Assembly (NCBI GenBank): GCA_018715625.1
Contig: DVLG01000054.1
Location: forward strand, 4,160 to 68,159
Reading direction: 5' to 3'
From: Candidatus Scatovivens faecipullorum
Lineage (GTDB): Bacteria; Bacillota; Clostridia; TANB77; CAG-508
DNA length: 64,000 nt
Numbering within the stretch: position 1 is the first letter of the stretch; each line of letters opens with the position of its first letter. Both the position numbers and the translations under genes were made by a program. The notes beneath the pieces are model-generated. The model searched no databases. It was not told where the DNA came from and worked only from the letters and a program-made list of their open reading frames with translations. Of the stretch, positions 41,883 to 51,766 are shown one piece after another.

Positions 41883-41910
41883 AAAAGAGTTCCTTTCAAA
41901 CTCTTTTTTC
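41883..41910 (-). terminator. Rho-independent terminator after the 1277 aa gene
   Basis: Stem AAAAGAGTT / AACTCTTTT followed by a U-run on the minus-strand transcript. Confidence 0.6.
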
Positions 41911-41945
41911 CCTAAAAGTTTACAACTTTTTTCTAATTTTTAAAA

Positions 41946-44900
41946 TTATTCAACAGTAAGTTCCGCCTCTTGATTTGCTGTTTTTTCTGAAGACTTATGC
42001 AATTCATTTATTGCTCTTTGATGATTTAAACCTTCTACTTTTATTCTCTCATCAAAAGTATTTTGAATTTCTTTATATTCAATTTGTGACTTTCTAATAC
42101 TATCACTAACTTTATTTTCATTTTCAAATTTTTCTCTTTTTAAAAATATATTTTTTACTCCATTTACTAATTTACCTAAAACTCCTGTTTTTCTATTAAT
42201 CAAAGCATTTCCATCTGTTAATTTTTTAGTTTTTATTCTTTTTATGGTATCCTTTACTCTTTCCATAAATCCTGTTTTCCTATATTTTTTTTCATTTATT
42301 ACACTAAAATTTATTTCCTCTATTTTTAGTGACGAATTACTTTCTGCATTATTTTCTTTAAACTCTGATTCAGGTGGTATCTTTTCTCTCTTAGTTTCAT
42401 CTTCATTACTTCTTTCAATTTGATTTGAGTTTCTATTAGTATTATGCTTATTTCTACTTGAAGTTTCTAATAATTCAGTTATTCTCCCAACTTTTCTTTT
42501 TTCAATTTCTAATAATTTTTTTATCCTATTTTCCTCATTTAAAGGAGTAAAATATTTTTCATCTAATCTACTAAAACTATATAGCTGAGAAGGTACATAA
42601 AAATTCTCATGTCTTTTAGCTACTAAATTTCTAGCTTCTTCATAACTCGTACATTGTTTTTTATAAAAAGCTACTGAATTGATCTCTTCAAGAATACTAT
42701 TTTCATTTATAACTCGTTTTCCATTTACATCAAAACTAATAAAATTTTTTTCTTTAGAATTCATTAATTCTAAAGTTCTGTCACTAAGCTTTTGAATTAA
42801 TGCTTTATGATCAGGATTTTCAATAGTTTCTGCAAATTTACTAGCAAACATTGCATATCTTAAAACATTTTTTTTATCAGAAACTATAAGTTTACTATAA
42901 TTTTCAGCTTTTACTAAAATATCCTTTTGAAAGTTTTCTAATAAATCAGACACTAATTTATTTTTTCCAAATGTCTTTGCCTCAGATACTATTTTATTTG
43001 CAAATTCTTCATCATTTTCAAATTTTTCCTTGAAATCTGGATTTTCTCTTAATAATCTATTCAACCTTTTAAAATATTTTTGATTTGATCTTTGAGATTC
43101 CGGACTTTTTTCATTATTTTCAGACAAAAATTTTTTCAAATAAATTATCTCATATCTTGTTACATTTGATTTATCAGATATCCAAGAATTAACTGTAGTA
43201 TCACAGTATAACTCTTTAAATATAGTCTCGTCTTTCTCTGAAAAATCTATTACTGACCCTTTAAATCTATTTTTTATTTCACTTTTCGTTAAATCTGTTT
43301 CTGTAGTTTTTATGGGAACAGCAATTCTTTCAAAAAAATCTTCTGTTTCTTTATCATTAATTTTTAATTTATTTAAATCTATTATATCTTTTTCATTTAA
43401 AATCTTTCTAATTAGGTTTCTTTTTATTTCTCTATTTTTCTTATAAAAGTCATCGCTTATACTATTTCCATAAACAACATGGTACATTTTTTCTTTTAAT
43501 TGTTCATAATCATTTATTTTTGAAAAACCTTGAAACATCTTTTTGAACTTCTCTATCGAATTTATTCTAATTTCTGGATCATCATTCTCAATTCCTAAAA
43601 TCAATATACTAGTAAAATTTTTTCTCTCTTCTGTATCTAATCCTTCTACATTAGTTGCATTTATATTATATTTTATCGTTTCATTTAACAAATTATTTAC
43701 ATATGATTTTAATTCAGTAACACCTTGTCCTGTTAACTCTCCATATATATTTCTAAAGTCTTTAACTAATTGTGAACTTTCTGGATATTGAGTTAAATAT
43801 TCTTTCATAATTGCTAAATTATTTTCATAATCAGCTGTTCCTTTTGAATATTCAATTTTAGCCTGTAAAAGTAAAATATTTTCTCTTTCTGCTTCTTCTA
43901 TTGTAATACTCTTCATGCTTTGAGGAATCAATCTAACGTTAATATCATTTTTTAATTCTTTATCTAAAATGTCATTTATTCTATCTGAATGATAGCTTTT
44001 TAACTTACTTATTAATGCTTCATCTAAAGCTCCTAAATTCATTTTTTCTAATATATCCACAATTGTGCTTTCGTCTTCAAATGTTAATTTATCTGCATTT
44101 ATTTCACTAAGTTTTTCTATGAACTTTTGAGATTTTTCTTTTATTCTTCCAATTTCTTTCTTTTTACTATCTAATTCTCCTTTCATAATAATAGTATTTC
44201 TTTTAACACTTTCAGGTAGTAGATTTCTTTGTAATATCTGTTGAATTCTAGTTATACTAACAGAACCATCTTTGTTAAAAATTCCTTCTGTATCTATATT
44301 TTTAAAGTATTCTTCAAAATATTCTCTATACTGTAAAATATATGTATCCATATATTGCTTTATATCATCTTTTTTCCCGCCTTCTCGATAATATATGTTA
44401 TATAAATTTATAATCTCTAACCCCTTATAATCGTGAATTCCATCACTTTTTCGATTATAATTTTCTGTTAAAATTTTAAATATTTCTTTTTCTTTCAAAG
44501 ATCTATGTATATTATCTACTGAAAGTAAATTTGTATTTAAACAATAACTTTTATTTTCATTTTCTGGATTCTCTAGATTTTGTAATATTCTCATAAATTT
44601 TATGTGACAAGTATTTGAATTAAATTCATGAGATGAAACAAATTTATTAAAATCTTCTTCATTGTTTATCTTTATTCCTAAAGTAGTATATATATAATTC
44701 CATAGGGTTCCTTTATCTAAATTAGACATATTTAATTTCTCAAGTAGAAAATCTCTTTGATTTTTAATTATTTTACTACTTGAGTGAATTTCTGCTTTGC
44801 TTAATGCTAAAATAATTTTTTCTTTAATTATAGGATTTAATTTGTCAAAATCTATATCTTTTTCTTTTTCCTTTTCTCTTTCTAAAGCTACTAATATATT

Positions 44901-45779
44901 ACCTAAATCTGAATATGTATCAGCTAAATTCTTTTTTTCTTCCCATTCTTTTTTAAATTTAATTATACTTTCTTGTGTAATTTCTCCATTTTCATCAACT
45001 AAAAATCTAGCATATTTATTTAACGGATCTTTAAACAATTCTTTTATTTGATTTAAAGCATCTTCAAGTTTATTTGAGTTCGAATCTCTTTGGTACATAT
45101 CAACATAATTATAAATTGATTTAATAAAATCTAAATCTAGTTTTTTTGTAATATTAATATATTTAAGCAATTTTTCTATATCTTTTTTTTCGTTATCATT
45201 CATATTTAGATTATTTTGCATATCACTAAAATCTTCATCTGTTGGTTCTCTATAATTATTCGTATGTGAAACTATGTCTTCAAAACTATAATTTATATCT
45301 TCATTATATTTTATTAAGTTACTCTTTTCAGAATATGCTATAACATTAATAATTTCATCTATCATTTTTGTTTTTTCTGAAATAGGTTTCTTTTCAAAAC
45401 CTTCATATTCTATACCAAAATCTTCGCATTTTTGTATACTTAATTCTATATCTTTTTCACCATTATCAATATCTAATACTATTCCAATGTTTGGATCCGA
45501 ATTTATCTTATTTACAAATATATCAAAAACTTTTTCTAGTTCTTCTATAATTTCATCTACATTTTTTCCTTGTGTGTTTCCTATCATCTCATATACAGTT
45601 TTTATTTGCTCTAAACTAACACCATACTTTATTAAATTATTAATTTTATTAGAAATTTTTAAATTACTTTCTAAAATATCATCAATATCAATAAAGCTTT
45701 TAGAACTTTGATCATAACTTAGTGTATTTTTATCCTTATTTGCTATTCCAGCAGTTTTTTCTAATCTTTCATTCTCCAT
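41946..45779 (-). CDS. Hypothetical giant helical protein, 1277 aa (paralog of the 998 aa protein)
   Basis: Long ORF, K/E/N/I-rich, with no signal peptide or TM. Shares SWIS, L(E)(I/L)MN..E.NFI.FD.NG and N-terminal blocks with the 998 aa protein. Confidence 0.6.
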   Translation of the reverse strand: MENERLEKTAGIANKDKNTLSYDQSSKSFIDIDDILESNLKISNKINNLIKYGVSLEQIKTVYEMIGNTQGKNVDEIIEELEKVFDIFVNKINSDPNIGIVLDIDNGEKDIELSIQKCEDFGIEYEGFEKKPISEKTKMIDEIINVIAYSEKSNLIKYNEDINYSFEDIVSHTNNYREPTDEDFSDMQNNLNMNDNEKKDIEKLLKYINITKKLDLDFIKSIYNYVDMYQRDSNSNKLEDALNQIKELFKDPLNKYARFLVDENGEITQESIIKFKKEWEEKKNLADTYSDLGNILVALEREKEKEKDIDFDKLNPIIKEKIILALSKAEIHSSSKIIKNQRDFLLEKLNMSNLDKGTLWNYIYTTLGIKINNEEDFNKFVSSHEFNSNTCHIKFMRILQNLENPENENKSYCLNTNLLSVDNIHRSLKEKEIFKILTENYNRKSDGIHDYKGLEIINLYNIYYREGGKKDDIKQYMDTYILQYREYFEEYFKNIDTEGIFNKDGSVSITRIQQILQRNLLPESVKRNTIIMKGELDSKKKEIGRIKEKSQKFIEKLSEINADKLTFEDESTIVDILEKMNLGALDEALISKLKSYHSDRINDILDKELKNDINVRLIPQSMKSITIEEAERENILLLQAKIEYSKGTADYENNLAIMKEYLTQYPESSQLVKDFRNIYGELTGQGVTELKSYVNNLLNETIKYNINATNVEGLDTEERKNFTSILILGIENDDPEIRINSIEKFKKMFQGFSKINDYEQLKEKMYHVVYGNSISDDFYKKNREIKRNLIRKILNEKDIIDLNKLKINDKETEDFFERIAVPIKTTETDLTKSEIKNRFKGSVIDFSEKDETIFKELYCDTTVNSWISDKSNVTRYEIIYLKKFLSENNEKSPESQRSNQKYFKRLNRLLRENPDFKEKFENDEEFANKIVSEAKTFGKNKLVSDLLENFQKDILVKAENYSKLIVSDKKNVLRYAMFASKFAETIENPDHKALIQKLSDRTLELMNSKEKNFISFDVNGKRVINENSILEEINSVAFYKKQCTSYEEARNLVAKRHENFYVPSQLYSFSRLDEKYFTPLNEENRIKKLLEIEKRKVGRITELLETSSRNKHNTNRNSNQIERSNEDETKREKIPPESEFKENNAESNSSLKIEEINFSVINEKKYRKTGFMERVKDTIKRIKTKKLTDGNALINRKTGVLGKLVNGVKNIFLKREKFENENKVSDSIRKSQIEYKEIQNTFDERIKVEGLNHQRAINELHKSSEKTANQEAELTVE

Positions 45780-45825
45780 TTTATTACCACTTTTAACTAT
45801 TATTATATTTTTTTACTTTTAATTA

Positions 45826-45854
45826 ATTATAAATTTAGCTAATTTATAATTCAA
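45826..45854 (-). promoter_or_regulatory. Putative sigma-A promoter for the 1277 aa gene
   Basis: Minus-strand TTGAAT, 17 nt, TATAAT. Confidence 0.4.
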
Positions 45855-45959
45855 TTACATATGTATTACAAATGTCAAATTTTAAAAATGAAAAATTGAT
45901 GTAATGTTATGTATTCATATAAGTACATAATATTACATTTATAAAACTCTTTTTTGTAT

Positions 45960-46005
45960 AAAAAAAGCTTAAAGAGTTGAATTTTACTAATTAACTCTTT
46001 AAGCC
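45960..46005 (-). terminator. Rho-independent terminator after topA
   Basis: 12-bp stem GCTTAAAGAGTT / AACTCTTTAAGC followed by TTTTTT on the transcript. Confidence 0.7.
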
Positions 46006-46015
46006 CATAATATAC

Positions 46016-48115
46016 TTATTTTTTCTTTGCTGATGTTTTTTTAGCACTTTTCTTTTTAGTTGTTTTTGTTTTTCTTGCTACTTTTTTCTTTTCTTTTTCT
46101 ATTTCTTCAAGATCTTCCTCACTTGCAGGTTCAAATTTTTCTCCTAATTTTGGTTTATTCCAAGATATATATGTGCAGCCTTCATTTTCACCTTTATTAT
46201 TTTCACAAATATAATAATTACGTCTTTTTTTAGTTTTTCTAACTTGAACTACACCACCGCAAACTGGACAAGGAACATCGATAGTTTCTATTATAGGTTT
46301 TGCATTTTGACACTCTGGATACCCTGGACAAGCTAAAAATTTTCCATATCTACCATATTTTATAACCATCATTCTTCCACATTTTTCACATGGTACATCT
46401 GAAACTTCATATTCTAGTTTTACATGTTCTAATTCTTTCTCAACTTTTTCCACAATTTGTTCAAAAGGTGTGTAAAACTCACTAATTACTTTTTTCCACT
46501 TTTCTGTTCCTTCTGCAACTTTGTCAAACTCCTCTTCCATTTTGGCTGTAAATTCTACATTTATTATATCTCCAAAATTTTCTATTAACAATTTGTTCAC
46601 GATTTTACCTAAATCTGTAGGAATTAATTGTTTTTGAACTTTTTCTATATATCTTCTTATTAATATTGTTGTTATCGTAGGAGCATAAGTACTTGGTCTT
46701 CCAATCCCTTTTTCTTCTAAAGTTTTTACCAAAGTTGCTTCAGTATATCTTGCTGGTGGTTCAGTAAAACTTTGTTTTGATTCTAATTCTTCTTTTTTTA
46801 CTTCTTCTCCTACTTCTAATTCAGGAATCTTTTCAAATTCTTCTTTCTCTTCATTTTCAACATAAAGAGACATATAACCTTTAAACTTCATAGTTTGACC
46901 ATTTGCTCTAAAATTATAATCATTAGCATCTATTGCAACTGTTACTGTATCATATATTGCTGCTGCCATTTGACTTGCCATAAATCTATTATAAATTAAT
47001 TTATATAATTTATATTGGTCAGAAGTTAAACTATCTTTTATTAGATCTGGTGTAAGTTCTATGTGAGATGGTCTTATTGCTTCATGTGCATCCTGAGCAT
47101 CAGACTTTGTTCTATAAAATCTATTTTCATAAAAGTTCTCACCGTAAGTTTTTACTATATATTCTTTTGCAGCTTCTCTTGCTTCATTAGAAATTCTTGT
47201 AGAATCTGTTCTCATATAAGTAATTAAACCAGTTGATCCATATTCAGGCAATTTTACACCTTCATATAAACCTTGTGCTACAGACATTGTTTTTTTAATT
47301 GCAAAATTTAATTTTCTTGAAGCATCCTGCTGTAGAGTACTAGTTGTAAATGGTGGTGCTGGATTTCTTTTTCTTTCACCTTTTTTTACATCTACCACCT
47401 TATATTTAGCTCTTTCTAAATCTTTTAATATGCTATCAACTTCATCTTTAGAATGAAGTTCTATTTTTTTACCAGATTTTCCAATAAATTTACAATTAAA
47501 AATTGTTTTAGTTTTCTTATCAGAAGCTTTTAAATTTATATTCCAATATTCCTCTGGAATAAATTTCTCTATTTCTTCTTCTCTTTCAACTATTAATCTT
47601 ACAGCCACTGATTGTACTCTACCTGCAGATAATCCTCTTTTCACTTTCTTCCATAATACCGGACTAATTTTATAACCAACAATTCTATCAAGTACACGTC
47701 TTGCTTGTTGAGCATCTGTTAGATTTAAATCTATTTTTCTTGGATTATTTATCCCCTTTTTAACTGCATCTTTAGTTATTTCATTAAAAGTAACTCTACA
47801 AGTACTATTTTCATCTATTCCTAAAATATATGCTAAATGCCATGCTATTGCCTCTCCTTCACGATCAGGGTCAGTTGCAAGATAAACTTTTTTAGCATTT
47901 TTAGCATCTTTTTTTAAAGAATTTATCAATTTTGCCTTTCCTCTGATGTTTATATATTCAGGTTCAAAATTATTCTCAATATTTATTCCTAATTTTGATT
48001 TAGGTAAATCTCTAATATGTCCCATTGATGCTACTACTTTGCTTTTGTTACCTAAATATTTTTTAATTGTGTTCGCCTTTGCTGGTGATTCCACAATAAC
48101 TAATTTATCAACCAT
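46016..48115 (-). CDS. topA: DNA topoisomerase I
   Basis: Toprim LVIVESPAKA, DPDREGE, the active-site region YMRTDS, C-terminal C4 zinc fingers (CEKCG...CPGYPEC, CPVCGG...C) and a lysine-rich tail. Confidence 0.93.
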   Translation of the reverse strand: MVDKLVIVESPAKANTIKKYLGNKSKVVASMGHIRDLPKSKLGINIENNFEPEYINIRGKAKLINSLKKDAKNAKKVYLATDPDREGEAIAWHLAYILGIDENSTCRVTFNEITKDAVKKGINNPRKIDLNLTDAQQARRVLDRIVGYKISPVLWKKVKRGLSAGRVQSVAVRLIVEREEEIEKFIPEEYWNINLKASDKKTKTIFNCKFIGKSGKKIELHSKDEVDSILKDLERAKYKVVDVKKGERKRNPAPPFTTSTLQQDASRKLNFAIKKTMSVAQGLYEGVKLPEYGSTGLITYMRTDSTRISNEAREAAKEYIVKTYGENFYENRFYRTKSDAQDAHEAIRPSHIELTPDLIKDSLTSDQYKLYKLIYNRFMASQMAAAIYDTVTVAIDANDYNFRANGQTMKFKGYMSLYVENEEKEEFEKIPELEVGEEVKKEELESKQSFTEPPARYTEATLVKTLEEKGIGRPSTYAPTITTILIRRYIEKVQKQLIPTDLGKIVNKLLIENFGDIINVEFTAKMEEEFDKVAEGTEKWKKVISEFYTPFEQIVEKVEKELEHVKLEYEVSDVPCEKCGRMMVIKYGRYGKFLACPGYPECQNAKPIIETIDVPCPVCGGVVQVRKTKKRRNYYICENNKGENEGCTYISWNKPKLGEKFEPASEEDLEEIEKEKKKVARKTKTTKKKSAKKTSAKKK

Positions 48116-48198
48116 TTGAATTTCTCCTAAAATATTTTATTACTAATGTATTTTAAATCATTATAATAAATTTGGCAAGTATAAATTTTATAATAAAT

Positions 48199-49446
48199 TT
48201 ATTTCTCTCCAAAATCTTCTGCTTGACTATTTCTAGAATCTTTATTAGTTTTATCAAATAAATTATCAACAAAATCTCCTAATTGTTCTTCTAAATGATG
48301 ATTTTTTGCGAAGTTATTCAAAATATCTCTAATATTATGTCTATCACTTTTACTAAGTTCTTGTAATAAGGTTTTAGCTTTTTCTAAATCGTTATTTTCC
48401 ATACTTTTATTAACTATTTTAAATAATTCCATTTCTTTTTTTCTTGAATTTTTTTTAAATATAAAAAGTTTATTTCTTTCATCATCATTTTTGCAATTAT
48501 TCCACTTATATTTAAATTTCTTGTCTTTTGATAATTCTTGCAATTGTGCTTTTGTAGCTCTTTTTTGAGCTTCTTCTACTTCTTGTATAAATTCATCTTT
48601 TGTAGAAAACCTTTTTGCTAATCTTGCATCACTAGATACAGAGTCTTTAAAACGCTCATAAACTTTATCTAAATCTATAGTTCCATCTGGTGCTATAAAT
48701 TCACTTAGTCCATTTCTAGCTGCATATAAACATGCATCCTCCTTTAGAATCGAATTATTAGAAGTTGCTTTTCTTGCTAAAATAAACAAAACTCCTCTTA
48801 TTGATTTATTATCTGGGTTAGCTTTATAGTGTTTTTCACACCCCTCTCCAATTTCCTTGTCAGCAAAATATTTAGCTGCTGCTTCTTTTTCTGTTTCTGT
48901 TCCATTAATCATATCATTTATACTTTGGTTTCTCTGATCTTGTACTTTTTTAGTATTTTCAAAGATATTTGATAGTTCACTTATTTTTTCCAGAGATAAA
49001 GTCCCATTACGTAACATTTCCATTATATTTGAAGTTAAAACATTTCCACTAATTTTATTACTATAAGTCTTCTCCATGACAACACTTAATTCTTCTCTAT
49101 AATTCAATTCATTTGTCACTATTGGCTCTACAACTGCTGATGTTAAAAATTCTTTATCATTTATTTGTGTTATTGATTCAAGATTTCCACTTTCTAAATG
49201 TTGTTCAATTACATTCAATATATCTGTTCTTGTATTTTGGGTAGGAATAAAATTTGGTTTTTGAATAAGAACAGCATATGTAGCTTCTATTTGTTGCTTA
49301 ATTATTTCTTTATTAATATCACTTCTATATAAAATTTTTATTAACATATCTTGATTATCTTTATCTTCTTTTTCAACATAATTACAATCTTTTTTTGCTA
49401 ATTCATAAGCTAAATCACCAATTCTACTCTCAAAATTATCACTCAT
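48199..49446 (-). CDS. Hypothetical protein, 415 aa, translationally coupled to murG
   Basis: The ATG lies 1 nt after the murG stop codon. No signal peptide or TM. No recognisable family. Confidence 0.5.
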   Translation of the reverse strand: MSDNFESRIGDLAYELAKKDCNYVEKEDKDNQDMLIKILYRSDINKEIIKQQIEATYAVLIQKPNFIPTQNTRTDILNVIEQHLESGNLESITQINDKEFLTSAVVEPIVTNELNYREELSVVMEKTYSNKISGNVLTSNIMEMLRNGTLSLEKISELSNIFENTKKVQDQRNQSINDMINGTETEKEAAAKYFADKEIGEGCEKHYKANPDNKSIRGVLFILARKATSNNSILKEDACLYAARNGLSEFIAPDGTIDLDKVYERFKDSVSSDARLAKRFSTKDEFIQEVEEAQKRATKAQLQELSKDKKFKYKWNNCKNDDERNKLFIFKKNSRKKEMELFKIVNKSMENNDLEKAKTLLQELSKSDRHNIRDILNNFAKNHHLEEQLGDFVDNLFDKTNKDSRNSQAEDFGEK

Positions 49447-49447
49447 T

Positions 49448-50563
49448 TTATTTTACTACCTCTTTTATCTCTTGATAAATCTTTTCTTCTACATTTGAAG
49501 GAGCTATTGTATTTGCTATTTTTCCCATCTCTTCTAGTTCAAGGTTATCTAAAATAATATCATCAATTTCTTCTGATAACTTCTGACCTGTAACATCTTT
49601 ATTTAGTATTATCTTAGCTGCTCCAATCTTCTTTAAAACAAGTGCATTATCTTCTTGTCTATTAGCAGACATAGAAGGTAGTGGGATAAATATAGCTGGC
49701 TTCCCAACTATAGAAATTTCGGTAATTGTCATTGCTCCACTTCTGCAAACTAACAAATCAGAAATATTCATCATTTCTTCCATATTGTATATATATGGCA
49801 ATATTTTTACATTTTTTATACTATTTATATATATTTCATCTTTTTCAAAATTTTCTTTTACAATATCATATTGTTTTGGCCCTGTTGCCCAAATTATCTG
49901 ATATTTATCATTTCTCTTCAATTTTATTAATTCTGCAACTGCTTCATTAATTTTTTGAGCCCCTTGACTTCCACCAAATACTAAAACTATTGGCAGATTA
50001 TTTCTTATTCCTATTTCTTCCAATATTTCTTTTTTTCTTATTTTTGAAATATTTAATTTTCTTATTTTAGTAGGTGTGCCCGTAACCACTACACTTTTAC
50101 AACCTTCTAATCTACTTTTAGTTTCTTCAAATCCTACTAAAACTTTATCTACTTTTTTGGAAAACATTTTTACAGCTTTTCCGGGATAAGCATTACTTTC
50201 ATGTAATACTGTTGGTATTTTTTGAGAAGTTGCTACTTCAAATACAGGTCCACATATATATCCACCTGTTCCCAAAACTAAATCAGGTTTAAACTCTTCA
50301 AATATTTTCTTTACATCTTTTATACTAAAAATAGTTTTTAATATATGTTTTAAATTTTGTATAGAAAATTCTTTTTTAAATCCATATACATCTATTGTCT
50401 TTAATTTATAACCAGCTCTTGGTACTAAATCAATCTCTAAACCTCTATTAGTACCTATAAAAATTATTTCTGAATCTGGTTCTTTTTCCTTTATTTTATT
50501 AGCTATTGCAATTCCTGGATTTATATGCCCTCCAGTTCCTGCTGCTGAAATTATAACTTTCAT
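49448..50563 (-). CDS. murG: UDP-N-acetylglucosamine--N-acetylmuramyl-(pentapeptide) pyrophosphoryl-undecaprenol GlcNAc transferase
   Basis: AGTGGHINPG N-terminal motif and GGSQGA. 371 aa. Confidence 0.9.
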   Translation of the reverse strand: MKVIISAAGTGGHINPGIAIANKIKEKEPDSEIIFIGTNRGLEIDLVPRAGYKLKTIDVYGFKKEFSIQNLKHILKTIFSIKDVKKIFEEFKPDLVLGTGGYICGPVFEVATSQKIPTVLHESNAYPGKAVKMFSKKVDKVLVGFEETKSRLEGCKSVVVTGTPTKIRKLNISKIRKKEILEEIGIRNNLPIVLVFGGSQGAQKINEAVAELIKLKRNDKYQIIWATGPKQYDIVKENFEKDEIYINSIKNVKILPYIYNMEEMMNISDLLVCRSGAMTITEISIVGKPAIFIPLPSMSANRQEDNALVLKKIGAAKIILNKDVTGQKLSEEIDDIILDNLELEEMGKIANTIAPSNVEEKIYQEIKEVVK

Positions 50564-50578
50564 TTTAACTTCCTTTCA

Positions 50579-51745
50579 TTATGAACTTGTTTTTCCATTC
50601 CTAGATACACTTAATAATATTCCAACTCCAATTAAATCTGCAAGCATAGCTGACCCACCATAACTAAAAAATGGTAATGGCATTCCTGTAACTGGCATTG
50701 TATTAGTAACAACTGCTATATTAATTAATGCTTGCAAACCAATCATTGTAGTTATTCCTATTGCTATTAATGTTCCAAAATTGTCTTCTGCCTTTATTGC
50801 AATAACAATACCTCTCCATACAAATAAAACAAACAAAAAAATTACTAATATACAACCAAAAAATCCTAATTCTTCTGCTAAAACAGCAAATATAAAATCA
50901 TTTTGTGGTTCTGGTAAATATAAATATTTTTGCCTACTATTTCCAAGTCCTAAACCAAATAATCCACCTGAGCCTATAGCATATAAACTTTGTGTTATTT
51001 GCCAAGCATCTCCTGTTAAATTTGCTTCATCTAAATGTAGCCAAGTCTGAATTCTTGAAGTTCTAAAATCATCAGCTCCTCCAGAAGTTGAAGCCTTTAA
51101 TAAGAAGCCTAAAACTCCAATTATTCCAACAAAAGCACTTGCAAAAAAATATTTTAAGTTAGTTCCTGCAACAAACATTTGAACAAGTGTTATTGCACAA
51201 ATTATAAAAGTTGCACTAAAATGGTTTTGTAATATATATATTGATATTACTATTGGTATTAAGAAAATTAGTGGAAATAAAAAACCTGGAACCAATTTTT
51301 TTATTCTATTTGATTCTTTCATATCACTTAAAAGTGATGCATAAAAAATGATAAAACCAATTTTTGCAAATTCTGATGGCTGAAAAGAAAAGCCAAAAAG
51401 ATTTATCCATCTTCTCGCTCCACCTTCACCAATTCCTACAAATCCAACTGCTACTAATAAAGCAATACATATCGCATATATAAGCCATTTCAATTTTCTA
51501 AAAATCCTATAATCAACTTTTGATAAAACGATCATCATGACTATACCAATACCAGCCACTAACCCTTGTTTTCTTATATACTGATAACTATCATCACCAG
51601 TTTCTGAAAGCGATGCTGGAGCACTTGCTGATAACAACATTATTAGTCCTATACATAAAAGCAATACAGTTACCACAATAATTGTATAATCAAATTTACC
51701 ATTTATAAAAAAACTAAATTTTTTTGATTTATTTTTTTTAGTCAT
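50579..51745 (-). CDS. ftsW: SEDS-family peptidoglycan polymerase FtsW/SpoVE
   Basis: Ten-TM SEDS pattern with QPSEFAK, LPEP.NDFIF and PLPFFSYGGS. Confidence 0.88.
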   Translation of the reverse strand: MTKKNKSKKFSFFINGKFDYTIIVVTVLLLCIGLIMLLSASAPASLSETGDDSYQYIRKQGLVAGIGIVMMIVLSKVDYRIFRKLKWLIYAICIALLVAVGFVGIGEGGARRWINLFGFSFQPSEFAKIGFIIFYASLLSDMKESNRIKKLVPGFLFPLIFLIPIVISIYILQNHFSATFIICAITLVQMFVAGTNLKYFFASAFVGIIGVLGFLLKASTSGGADDFRTSRIQTWLHLDEANLTGDAWQITQSLYAIGSGGLFGLGLGNSRQKYLYLPEPQNDFIFAVLAEELGFFGCILVIFLFVLFVWRGIVIAIKAEDNFGTLIAIGITTMIGLQALINIAVVTNTMPVTGMPLPFFSYGGSAMLADLIGVGILLSVSRNGKTSS

Positions 51746-51766
51746 ATAATTTCCCTTCTTTTTATT

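Noticed and set aside
38794-45779. Whether the giant genes belong to a prophage, ICE or other mobile island (tape-measure-like or surface-adhesin cargo).
   Set aside because: There is no integrase, transposase, tRNA target, flanking direct repeat, or phage or conjugation gene. Composition looks the same as the neighbouring genes. One giant gene is apparently co-transcribed with trmFO. Neither has a signal peptide, so adhesin roles are unlikely.
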